Below are positions 34,029 through 45,369 of a stretch of DNA of 64,000 nt, one piece after another (positions within the stretch are counted from its first letter, which is position 1; each line of letters opens with the position of its first letter). The stretch is from Piedraia hortae CBS 480.64. Lineage: Eukaryota. The DNA lies in the NCBI GenBank assembly GCA_010093745.1, contig MU005966.1:69628-133627 (forward strand). Direction: 5' to 3'. The position numbers were made by a program, and so were the translations under genes. The notes under the pieces were generated by a model. It had not been told where the DNA came from, searched no databases, and saw only the letters and a list, made by a program, of their open reading frames with translations.

Positions 34029-36131
34029 ATGGATCTGGAGAGGGAGTTGACCTGCTCCGTGAGTTGTTTAGCAGTAACGCACACGGCAATATTAACCGGT
34101 AGATAGATATGCACAGAAATCTTGTACCATCCCCTGACCCTCCTCGACTGCCTGCACACCTGTTGCGGCAGCTGTTTGAAAGAATGGTTCTCCTTCCAAA
34201 GCACATCACGCAACAACAGTCCCTTTTATACCTGTCCGTCCTGCCGCTCACCCGTCCGTGGCACAAAGGCAGATTGGCGCTTGACGGGCCTCTTAGAAAA
34301 CTACCTCAAATCGCACCCGGAACGTGAAAGAAGCGCAGAAGAAAAAGAAGAACTCTCACAGGTTTACAAACCAGGAGACGAGGTTCTACCCCCAAAATTC
34401 TCGTCTAGGAGACCACACAGCGGTGTTCTCTCGGAATCTCGTTTGCGTGAACACGATCAACACCACCGACAACAGGTCGAACACCAGCCTTCTCTCAGAA
34501 GTATACTAAGCACTTCGGCGACAGATACAATTGATCCGAGCCAAGTGCAGGATATCATCCAGTCAATTTACGCAGAGGTCGCGCGGGAGGGCATTGATAC
34601 GGACAACCTGACTCCCGAGCAAGAAGAGCGTCTATCCGAAAGGATCATAGCCAAGTATCAGCAGATGCAGATGGAGAGACGGGCAGGCAGGGAGTCTGTT
34701 GTTGCAGTTGCGAACGAGAGGATGGACAGCACCGCGCGGAGGCAAGGTCTCGTATCCCATAGAGACGTTACGCTCCCGTATCGGGATGCTCCTAGCCGGG
34801 AACCACCCCTACGCGGATCACAGGTTAGCCGCCAGATCTCATTGCATGATACCCAATCCACCCGTGGAGACTCAATGCACGGCATCCAACTCAACCGCGG
34901 AGCGTCTCTCCACAGTCAACTAACTCGCGAAACGTCTGTTCGCAGCACCAGCGAAGCATCCCCCCACAACCGCGAGACCTCCCAACCATGCACATCATGC
35001 CACACCCCCGTAGGGACACATCCCGTGCACTACCTCTGTCCAACCTGCGAAGTACTGCTTTGTCTTCGCTGTTACCGCGAGGGTATAGGCTGTAAGCACT
35101 GGTTCGGCTTCGGGTATCGGGCGGACGAGCGATGGCTGGCTCGGGGAACATCACCCAGTGACCCTCCCAGCGGTCCACGCCAGTCTGACTCTCCCCACAG
35201 CCGATCTCGCAGCAACACCCACCACGATACCCCCCAGGGCGAACCACCACATACCCTCTACCCCCGACGGGCAGACACACAACTAGGCAGTCCCATCTGC
35301 GAAAAGTGCTTCAGTGGGTGTAGCGACTGCTACTGGTCATGCGGGTACTGTCTGGACGGGGCGTGGGGGTACTGCAACTCTTGCGTCAAAACGGGGAAGC
35401 ATTGCGGACACCCACTTTTAAGCCTGCGATGGAGTGCACAGGGGACTGGAGGGCACCTCGGAGGGGGGAGAGGGGGTATCACTTCCCATGGAACCATCTC
35501 CCACGGTCCTCCACTCCACGCCTTCCCATCCAATGACCCACCCTCCCGAACCCCCTCCCAGTCCCAAACCCAACCCTCCCAAATCCCAATAACACTCCCC
35601 CATCTCCTCGGCACCTTAACCCCCCTGCCCGTAACAACAGACTGCGACATCTGCGGCTCTACAATTCCAGGCCGTCGCCTGCACTGCTACGTCTGCAACA
35701 ACGGAGACTACGACCTCTGTCTAGCCTGCCATGTCGACTCGTCCTCCTCCTTCACCGAAGACGTGATCCCGCCGGCGGGAGTATTACCCCCTAACCGTGC
35801 AAGGTCCCTTTCTGCTGTGGGGCAGAGAATGTGTCCCCAGAACCATCACCTCGCGGTGTATAGTAGTGTTGAGAATGTGATTTTGGTGCTTGAGGAAGGA
35901 GTGGCTAGGAGAGGGACGCTCCGCGGCGGTAGTGGTGGTGGTAAGAGGGCAATTGCGTTGTGGAGTTCGTTCCCGTCGGTTCTTCCCACAGGTGAGAGGA
36001 GCGATGAACTTGATTTTCCGAAGAATGCGGAGATCACGGAGGTGGAGATCCTGAATGAGGATTGGGCGGTGGGGGCTTTTGAGGGACGGGTTGGCCTTTT
36101 TCCAAGACGGTTTGTGAGGGTTTTGGAGTAA
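34029..36131 (+). CDS. RING-finger / ZZ-type zinc finger / SH3 protein (putative E3 ligase); intron 34059-34106
   Basis: ELTCS|ICTEILYHPLTLLDCLHTCCGSC..CPSCR (RING); several CxxC ZZ-like units (HCYVCNNGDYDLCLAC); C-terminal SH3 DELDFPKNAEI..NEDWAVG..GLFP. Confidence 0.85.
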
Positions 36132-36341
36132 CGTTGGGGAGTGGAGGGTGGGTTGATGGTTGGATGGTCATGTTGGGAATGTAGCTGCTAAGGGTGATCA
36201 GTCTTGATGGGTATACATCCCCCAGGGGTTGTTTTATCGATGATAATTAACGCTCTCAATGGTTCAATGCGTACAAGCATTGACATTCGAATATCTACTT
36301 TACTCGCACAGTCTTCAAAGAGACAAGAATGTTGTCAAGCG

Positions 36342-37894
36342 CTATTCAACGCCCGCATAGAGATCGACAACGATATTGATGGCCGCAACGAGAATTTCCA
36401 CCGCTATGAGGACGATGACGATCCATTCTAGGTATTCCCCTGGCCTTTGATTAGCGGATTTTGACTACTTCCTTTTTGAAACGCACCGTGGGTATGGCTC
36501 AACTGGTCTTTGAGAACGGCAAGTAAATCACCGACGACGGACACACGTTCCTGCATGAGCTCGACGCGCTGGTCCATCTCAAGGTAAGATCTAACAGCCT
36601 GATAGATGGGCTCAAGCTGCGGCTCGGCCCACATAAGTTCCGGTGCATCCAGAACTGACCCTTGGAGATGGATGTTGATTCTGAGAATAAACAGCTCGCC
36701 AATCTGCATGTTGATTTGTCGTCTGCTGAGGTTGATCCTGCCCGTGCGGGAGATGGTTGCCGGTATGTTTTTCGTCGTGTCAATCGATGCCGTGAGCAAA
36801 ACCTCGTAGAGGGACGTCTTGGTCGACTGTGCCAACGCGTGCGAGATGGCGAGCTTGGTCATGTAGTTTCTCTTCTCGCGGAGGCTGATAAAGTCATTGT
36901 AGATGCGTGCCTGATACTCGCGCGTGTAGTAGAAATTGAATTCTTCGGTTTGGATGTTGTCATCGTCGAGTTTTTCGCTTTCAAACTTGGAGAGTTCTTT
37001 AAGGAACCGCTTTTCTTCTCGTACCGACATCCCCCAGATCACAACAACGCCGTACTCGAAGAGAAAGACTTCCGGAATATGCACAACGGTATCGAAATCA
37101 GGCGTCATCGGCCGCACCGGCTCTTCGTCGACTACAGCAGTTTCCTCAGCCGGAGTTATTGACTCGCCTTCTGTCTGCTGCATGTCAAGCAGCGTATCCC
37201 GTCGTCGTTCTGCATTTTCCTCGACTACAAGACGGCTATCTGAAAAACGACGCACCGAATGGCTCTGCACCTCTGTTTCCCCTGTAGAAGGTTCGCCACT
37301 CCTCCGTTCACCTTCTAACGAGTATGAATAGGGCGTGTATATGCACTCATCGAATCTCTTGGGCGCTGCGCTCCTTGAACGTGTTTTACTCTTGAGATAT
37401 CGCATCAGATCGTTCATCTGGTAGTCGCCCGCCGTGCAATACGCCGTTACACGCGGGAGTTTGGCACGGTCATCCTTGCCTAACCTTGCCGCATCTCTTC
37501 TGGCCGTTGGATCTTTGATCCGTTCAAACTGACTGTAGACATCTCCGCCACGTTCCGTCTCTGCACCCTCCTCGCTGACATCTGGGTTTGGAAGCAGCTT
37601 CAGCTTCTGGGCCGTGCGTGTCGTTCGCTGTGGACCAATTTTATTCGCTGCATTTTGCGGGTTGTACTGCAACGGTGCACCTGAGCTGTTGCGGCGGCGG
37701 AGTTTAGAATTTAGGGCAGAGAGTGTAGTATGGCCTTCCCTTGGGACTTCTCCAACGCCCGGCCGGTCACGTTTGGGCGGCGAAACAGCCGATACTTTGG
37801 GATTAAACGTTACGCTGCGGTTAGCCCGTGCAAGTACTGGCTGCTTGAGGCTTTGCTGGTCCGTAGGCAGCAACGGCGTGGATTCCGAAGGCAT
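36342..37894 (-). CDS. RMD1: Rmd1/DUF155 family sporulation protein; intron 36440-36486
   Basis: RVTAYCTA, EVFLFEYGVVVIWG, KLAISHALAQS; last exon GEYLEWIVIVLIAVEILV. Confidence 0.88.
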
Positions 37895-38032
37895 GGTATG
37901 GAAACGTCATGAAGTGACGTGTGGCGTCCCAATCGGGCACGCGGATGACAGCGGCCGCTAGGCTTGTCCAGAACTAGTGCGAGGGGCAGCTCACCGCGGG
38001 GCATCCTTATCTGATTGGGCATCAGGAGCCAG

Positions 38033-38845
38033 ATGGACCAAATAGTCCTCTTTGGCGACAGTCTGACGCAACAGTCGTTCAGTCAGGTTTCGCCAGATGG
38101 CTCTCCACCATTTGGTTTCGGCGCGGCACTGGCTAATGCCTATGTTCGACGCTTAGATGTTATAAATCGTGGCTTGTCAGGCTACAATACGGACCAAGCG
38201 CTACAGTGCCTAGACCAGTGCATTCCCAACGAATCCCGTGCCAGAACCAAGCTTATGACCATCTTATTCGGCTCAAATGATTGCCGCATCGCTGGCAGTC
38301 CGGGCACACCGCAGACCGTAGAGGTGGACAAATTCAGACTCAACCTTTCCAATATCTGCAGCCAGTTCGTCAATGGGTCCCACCGCAAGATCAGAGTTGT
38401 TCTCATAACTCCACCGCCAATCGACGAGAGAAAGCTACACCGGTGTGATATGGAGATTTTCCCCCATCTAAGACGAGATGAACTCCGCAGAACGGCTGAG
38501 AACACGGCCAAGTACGCGCAAGTCGTGCGGGACGTGGGCAGAGCAAATAACATTCCTGTTCTAGACCTCTGGCGTGCTTTCGGCGCGCGCGCGGGCTACG
38601 CGGGAGACGATAACTCCATGGGCTCGATGAAAAGGCCAACAAACGCTGTCCTGCAAAGCATGTTCAATGACGGGCTACACCTTAGCGGTGCTGGAAATAA
38701 AGTGGTATTTGATGAGCTAATGGCTCTGATAGAAGCCAAGTTTCCAGACTTAATGCCAGAGAAATTGCCAATGGCCCAGCCAGCGTGGGATGACAAGACG
38801 TGGGAAGGCGTGCAGGTTGAACGCCCTAAGACAGTCTGCAAATAA
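38033..38845 (+). CDS. IAH1: SGNH/GDSL esterase (Iah1-like)
   Basis: LFGDSLTQ, NRGLSGYNT, FGSND and DGLHL. Confidence 0.88.
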   Translation: MDQIVLFGDSLTQQSFSQVSPDGSPPFGFGAALANAYVRRLDVINRGLSGYNTDQALQCLDQCIPNESRARTKLMTILFGSNDCRIAGSPGTPQTVEVDKFRLNLSNICSQFVNGSHRKIRVVLITPPPIDERKLHRCDMEIFPHLRRDELRRTAENTAKYAQVVRDVGRANNIPVLDLWRAFGARAGYAGDDNSMGSMKRPTNAVLQSMFNDGLHLSGAGNKVVFDELMALIEAKFPDLMPEKLPMAQPAWDDKTWEGVQVERPKTVCK

Positions 38846-39065
38846 CTCGAGGGCACTATCTAGGGCTACGGAACTTCAATAACTCTTGTCGCTGGTTTAG
38901 ACGGACCATATGCCTGCTACCCTTCCACTTCACCAGAATCATTTACCAAATAGCAGCCTAATAAAGGCAAGTGGCTACATTAACCGTTGGGCTAGACAAA
39001 ACGGTTCGATCTAATTCTAATAGGTTTCAAAAATTTTGAGGGGCAAGAACAGAAGGACGGTCACT

Positions 39066-39968
39066 CTAAGATTTACTCTGACTCTGCTGAATGTTTTCTT
39101 CAACCTCGCCCTCATCCGCATCTCCCTCCTCATCCCACTCCTCGTTGTCCTTGCCGTCTTCCTCATCATCATCATCATCCTCGTCCCCATCATCGCCATC
39201 ATCTTCCCCCTCAACCCACCCCTCTTCCTTACTTGGATCGAGTCCCTGCGGGACCCTAGGAACCGTCGTGGCAGCAGAAACCTCGGGCTCAACGGACCTC
39301 TTATTCCAAATAACAGTCGCATCATACGCCGGTGGTGTTGTAATAATTTGCAATTCTCCCTGTCCATCCATAATCATATGCGGTACCGGAAGATCCTTCA
39401 ACGTGCACTCGACCTTCACCGATCTACCCTGAACATTCAGACAATGTCCCCCCACGGAAATATCTATTCATTGTCAGCCAGTCTCCAAAAGGTCCAAAAA
39501 AGGTCCAAAAAGAAAAAAATCGAATAAAACTCAAAAAAACAAGAACGGCAAGAAAACTCTACCTCTTGAAATCCACTTTGCGCCTTTGCATCCTCTCTGA
39601 GCGTAGATGATCAAACTGCAGCGACGATGAGGCATGGGTGGCTGCAAAGGAATTGTAACTAGGGATCCAAAGCCAGCATGGTATTTAAATGACTTGCATT
39701 GCTTGGTCCCAAGGTTGTGGGCGCCGTCGTTTTCATCGCCTGAGCAGCCGTGGAGTGAGTATTTCTCGAACCTGATCCTGAACCGTTTGCGCTTCGGCGG
39801 TTTGGCTTTCCCTGAGGCGTGGCCTCCTGTTTTTGGCGTCGCTGGTCCTGGACCTTGGCTTGGGGTATGACGCGCTGGTTGTCCTGCTGCTTTTCCAGGG
39901 GCTTGGACTGCTGCGGATGTGAATGCCACGAGGAATGTTAGGAGGGTGAGGATTGATGGGAGGTGCAT
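39066..39968 (-). CDS. Secreted Cys-rich effector-like protein, paralogue 1; intron 39464-39562
   Basis: Signal peptide MHLPSILTLLTFLVAFTSA, 6 Cys, LPVPHMIMDG..IITTPPA.DATV..NKR and an acidic tail. Intron position and phase are shared with paralogue 2. Confidence 0.8.
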
Positions 39969-41177
39969 GTGAGTTGCTTGGGGAGGGAAACGGTTGGGGG
40001 AGGTGCTGGAACCTGTCGTCGGTGTGGGTAGGTGTGTGGTGGAGCGCACTGTGTTAGCGGGAACCGATGCTCCGGGCTCGAGAAGCGTTTTTGTCGTTTG
40101 AGAATTTCCAAAGGAGTTTGCATGGACTTAATTGGTTTACCAAACATCCATACTCCAGTCAAGTTGCTGCCTTAATCCAATCTGGTGAGATGATCGATTT
40201 GCTTTGGCAAACTCTTTCTGAAGTCTGACTTTTTTTCAGATTGAGCCTCAACGATACGAGTCATCAGCTTTGCTGAATATAGTTGCAGGGCTATGAACGA
40301 CTATCAACCACGAGGTCGATCTAGAAACCGAACGTACGAAGTTGTGAACGTTCAGCAACCATCAAACGTTATTTGCTAGCATAACTCCATCACATGGCAA
40401 AGGCACCCTGTGGGCAAAAAAATCCATCTTACGCTAAGCTTTCCGAGATACCCATGACTCGAATTGACAAATTTGACTGCTGCGGTTCCCACCAGCTGTC
40501 GGAATCACGAGTCTACTTTATCTCCTTAGCAGAACAAAAGGACGTCAGCTTAGAGTATTAATAGGATACCGATATCATGAGTCCATGGTGATATGCCATA
40601 GCTCATGGGTGTAACCGCCAGGTTGCCTGGTCGGTTTCAACACACAGGGAAGTGTACATTTGAGATGATATTCAACTATTTTATGAAGTCGGCGGTTTAA
40701 AATATGAGATATCACTTCACTGCCTCTCAGGTTAGGTCTTACATGATGGGGGTTTTTTTTTCTCGAGGAGGAAAGATGGGTGTGAGTAGGCCTGCCCTGA
40801 GATGTTGCTTCTTGATACACATGGGCACTGATGTGGAAGAACGACTACTAATGGTGGCTTCGTCTGGGCATCTCACTGAAAAAAGGGAGGTCCTGGGGGC
40901 AAGCCCAGGTGATCATGATCTGGGATTCAAACAACAGCAGTGAAAGTGGAAAACTCGTCAGAATGGTACAATGAGAGCGCTTATCATAAATAATGCACGC
41001 GAGGAGAAGTCTGGCTCAAGGTAGTTGTGCTCCAGCCCGAGTGTTCAGCAACGGTGACGGCCGTCCTGGACGTGTAGCGTTCGGATAAATGTGCAAAGAG
41101 CACAGAACGTACAAACAGTTAAACTACGGAAATCATTTGAACCCAGAATTTCACAGCCTTGGGTATACTTTATAGCG

Positions 41178-41882
41178 CTACGGAGAATTGCCCTTTGTCT
41201 GTCCATCAAGCTCTCCATCTCGCTCCTCGTCATCCTCATCATCCTCCGCGTCACCAATTTCCTCGCACTCTCCCTCGTCTTCCACATTCATGCACCGTCC
41301 CTCAAGGTTATCGTCAGCCCCTTCCCACCCCTCCACATAATAAGGATTATGGTTTGCAGAGACAGCGGGGGCTTGCAGCTCGACAGCTCTCTTATTGAAA
41401 ACAACAGTCGCATCCGGAGCCGGGGGCGTAGTGATAATACTAAAATATCCCTCACCATCCATAATCATATGTGGTATAGGCAGAGCCTTGAGCGTGCACT
41501 CGATTATCACCGACTGTCCCCGGATATTCATACAATGGTTGCCTTTCGAAAGATCTGTCTTCTGCATCAACAACGACATCTGGGGGAATGCCTTGAACTC
41601 ACCCTTTGATCTCCATTTGGGCCCTTTGCAGTTTTTGTTGGTGTATATCAAGAGGTTACAGCGGCGCTGAGGCGCCAGTCTGGTTAGCTGTTCGGACGAG
41701 ATTGATCGAAAGAAGCCTTCTTTGAACGTTTTACATCCTCTAGAACGGACTTTGTCTATACCAATCAACCTGCCTTGGCAGCCAGGACCAGCATAGCGAC
41801 GCAGCATCAGCTTGAAGTACACTGCCTCCGTGAAGGGAGCGAGGAAGAGTGTTAGGAGGGTTAGAATGGTCGGGAAATGCAT
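41178..41882 (-). CDS. Secreted Cys-rich effector-like protein, paralogue 2; probable intron 41555-41602
   Basis: Signal peptide MHFPTILTLLTLFLAPFTEA, same Cys spacing, LPIPHMIMDG..IITTPPAPDATVVFNKR and an acidic tail. Confidence 0.8.
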   Translation of the reverse strand: MHFPTILTLLTLFLAPFTEAVYFKLMLRRYAGPGCQGRLIGIDKVRSRGCKTFKEGFFRSISSEQLTRLAPQRRCNLLIYTNKNCKGPKWRSKGEFKAFPQMSLLMQKTDLSKGNHCMNIRGQSVIIECTLKALPIPHMIMDGEGYFSIITTPPAPDATVVFNKRAVELQAPAVSANHNPYYVEGWEGADDNLEGRCMNVEDEGECEEIGDAEDDEDDEERDGELDGQTKGNSP

Positions 41883-42965
41883 GGTGGGATTGGCTTGGAG
41901 GAGGTGTGAAAATGGAGGGAAGTCGTGGTGGGATTGTACTTGTTCTAGCTTTTAATCGTCAAGTTGGATGTCTTGTCAGAAGGCATGTCAATGTACCCCA
42001 TTGGTTTGGAAAGTTACTGTCAGTCGGGAGTGTCCAGGAGCTTATAGTCACCTGCTTGATTCGGAAAAATTTTGTACTCGAAGAAAGGCCTCGTGCGAGG
42101 AGATGAACAGCATCATTCCAAAGGGTTGACTTTTTTTTCTTTTGAATTGCGAGGCGTCACAAGTCCAAATCGGCACCGATGTGAAGTAATCGATCATCAA
42201 TTGCGGCTTATGGTAGATACCTCGGAACCGAAGGCCCAGACACTCGAGCGTCAACGATTGAATGCGATTTGGCCCCGTAAGGCAGCAACTTGGGTGGCGA
42301 CAGAGCCAATCAGCAACCGTGATCGCTGTGGGTCAGAGTTTAGATTAGCTTAGCAAGCCGACTACGCCACAACTTTGGCGGACGAGATCACTTTGCCTCA
42401 ACGAGTCATTGAGGTAAAAACTTTGGGAAGCCCGGTGATACCCACGTTAACCCCTCTTCCTCCTCGCTACGCGATACACTGGGTGAGAACTCTTCCACTG
42501 TTTTGATATCAAACGATCAACCCCGGATATTGAGACATCAAGAAGCGTTAGGGTGACAAATTGAGTACGTCATTACTGGGGAATGGTCAACCTTGGGAGT
42601 GTTTGGCTTTTTCATATCGATCGTAGCCTGGCAAACTCTTCCCGAAGCTTCGTTATTCCCCGATGTGGTCTCGATGTACGCGCATGCTATTAGTTCTCGT
42701 AAATTCTCAATAAACGAAGATGGGTAGACTTGAAGATTCATTTTGGCTCACCAAGGCAGCGGGCAGGCTATGGCTTAAAGCCAATCAGCAGGTGCGGGTC
42801 ACAGTAGGCTAGTTAGTAGTTCACGGAACAGAACAAATAGCTAAACGACCGCATCTCTACAGCATCTGAACATTGCAGTTGGACAATCCCGAAACGGCTA
42901 GCGGGAGGAGCTAATATCCCAAAAGGAACACCCCCACCTCTGCTAGCAGGTCGACCGACAACAGA

Positions 42966-43943
42966 ATGGCCGCGACGGCCCAGACCGGCCAAAGCTCCCG
43001 CCTCAGCGGAGATTTCGCAACGATTGATGCGCTGGCGGATGCGCTGAAGCCAACGCTGAGCGGACGAACGCCGTGTGAGCTCCACCTGTCGGAGGATTCT
43101 GTTCTTCCGCTGCTGCGGCCGGCCGTTGGGCCCTATGCCAAGGGCGGCGTCCACGACCTTCCGCCCGAATACGAGACATCACCACTGGACATACCGTCAG
43201 CCATCGTATCGCACCTTCTAGCAACACCCACCGGCGAACCGCGCCAAATAGTCCAACGCGCCGCATCCCGCGCCATCGTCCGCGCCATCGAGACGACCGA
43301 CGGCTTCCGCTATGTCTTCAACAACGTCTGGGCGGCGATGAACGAAGAAGGACTACGCTTTTCCTACATATGCCAAGACAGCGTGCAGAACAAGGAGCGA
43401 CACCGGAACAAGGCCTTTAGCGAGAGCCCACAGGGCGGGAATGGGCGAAAACCCACCTTTGACTGCAAAGGCTGCATCAGCATCAAGTTCAGCCAGACGC
43501 GACGCCGCATCGACGTCAACTACAGACACTTACCCATCCACGACGCTGTGCCCGGCATGCGCATCAGCCACATGCAGGTCGCCACATCTCACAAATCGCG
43601 CAGCGTTTCTGGCTCGCCATCACAACGTCCACTCTCCCTCGCTGCGCTGCTTGAACAAAGCGGCGACAGCAGTCTCGAAGACATATTTCCGTCACCCTTT
43701 CCAGACCAGCAGCCACTACGAAGCAGTAGAATCACACCAGTAGACTACGCGTTACCGTCATGGTATGTCGTCTCACCGGAACCGCCGGATTATTCAATGC
43801 AATCGACATATACAACTCCGCCGCAGTATACACAGCTCACCACCCCCAGGATTCCGCACGGCCCCGGCCCGGGAAGTCCGCATGACGTGCCGGACAGAAG
43901 ACCGCAGGGGCTGTTCTGCACGTTGAAGAATGTGAAGCGGTGA
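42966..43943 (+). CDS. Hypothetical protein with putative Cys/His zinc-binding DNA-binding-like domain
   Basis: 325-aa ORF with coding-like composition: RFSYICQDS..NKER..KPTFDCKGCISIKF..VNYRHLPIH followed by a Ser/Pro-rich tail. Confidence 0.65.
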   Translation: MAATAQTGQSSRLSGDFATIDALADALKPTLSGRTPCELHLSEDSVLPLLRPAVGPYAKGGVHDLPPEYETSPLDIPSAIVSHLLATPTGEPRQIVQRAASRAIVRAIETTDGFRYVFNNVWAAMNEEGLRFSYICQDSVQNKERHRNKAFSESPQGGNGRKPTFDCKGCISIKFSQTRRRIDVNYRHLPIHDAVPGMRISHMQVATSHKSRSVSGSPSQRPLSLAALLEQSGDSSLEDIFPSPFPDQQPLRSSRITPVDYALPSWYVVSPEPPDYSMQSTYTTPPQYTQLTTPRIPHGPGPGSPHDVPDRRPQGLFCTLKNVKR

Positions 43944-44027
43944 CGTACACATGGCAGATTGGAAATCCTCTGGAAAAGAAACTGTGTTATGACTTATGAG
44001 ATTATCAGTAATACCCTTTCTTCCAAT

Positions 44028-44956
44028 TCATCTCTCATGGTTAAGCCCCAGGAGGGAGGCGAGTTCTTTGAACGATCTGACCCTCTTCCCATCCCCCAAC
44101 GTCGTAATCCCTCGATCCTCCTGACCGTCAAGAGAGAAGAGGATGCCCTCCCACCCCGCCCCCTCCGCGCCGAGGACATCCTCCTCCCAACTGTCCCCCA
44201 CATGAACTTTCCTCCACAGAGAAGCATCCCTCCCCGCCCTCCGTTCCGCCTCCCTAAATATCTCAGGCGAAGGCTTCCCAACACCAACCTCCCAACTCGT
44301 CACCGTGAAATCCACCATCCCCATCACTCCAAGAGATGTCAGGATGGAAGTGACGCGGGGGTCAGAGTTAGATATCACTCCCACTTTCACCCCGTCATCC
44401 CGGACGGAGCCGGACGATCCCTTTAGGGACTTGAGAAACTCCCCCGCGCTGGGTGAGAGGGTATATGCTTCGTTCGTGGAGAAGTGATGTAGCAGGTCGT
44501 TGATCAACCCTTCTGGGACAGAGGTAGGCCTATGCACGGGGGGAGTGCCCCCTACAAGTGGGAGGGGGTGGGTTCTACTCCGCCTTGGATTATGGGAGTT
44601 GATATCCTCAGAGGTAGGATCCTTCCCCCGATCATCGAAGTTGGGATCCCCAGAGGCTTCCCGAGGGGCGAATGTTTGTGTGATGACTTCACCCCACCAT
44701 TTCTCGGGCGAGAGGGCGTTTGCTTTGCCGTAGTTTGGGTATTGTTGTCTTAGGGTTTTGAATGCTGGAAAATTAGATGAGGGGAGCGGAAGGGCCCAGA
44801 CTTACCGCTGCGGAAGTTGACTTCGATTGTTTGGGGATCTGGGGGATTGGAGAGGTGACGCTTCGCGAGGAGGTGGTACTGTTTTGCGATGGGGAGGCGG
44901 GGGTAGAAGAGGGTGTTGAATGCGTCGAGGGTTAGGAGGAGGTTTTTCTGGGGCAT
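44028..44956 (-). CDS. HAD-superfamily hydrolase (HDHD3/REG-2-like); intron 44765-44805
   Basis: Motif I LTLDAFNTL, YPNYG, GVISNSD, KPSPEIF and HVGDSWEED..GA..AG. Confidence 0.88.
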
Positions 44957-45369
44957 GTGGAGGGTTGGGTTGGAGGAAGGGGGAAGGGGGAGGATGGAGG
45001 ATGAGAGGTTTGTTTGGTAAAGGGTTGATCCGCAGTGGATAGGTTGTTTGGTGGCAGATATTCACCGTCGTCGCCTGTGACGGAAAGGAAACTGGCGACT
45101 CGACTTTACGGGAAAACCAATCCAACGGATGGGTCCTATACTGAATGGAATCAAACAAGCAGGTAACTACCAACTCCCTATCGCCTTTCCAATCAACCCA
45201 TCATCACAATGGGTCACTGATTGTGCTTTTTTTCGTTCTCAATCTGGACGCCCCACCTAAACATACCTTTCTTAACTACTGTCTACGAGATCACTTCCCT
45301 CCCTTCCCCTCAAAATTGTTCAGACGATGGGGGCAAGATTAGATAACTTTTCTATGTAACTCAGCAGAA

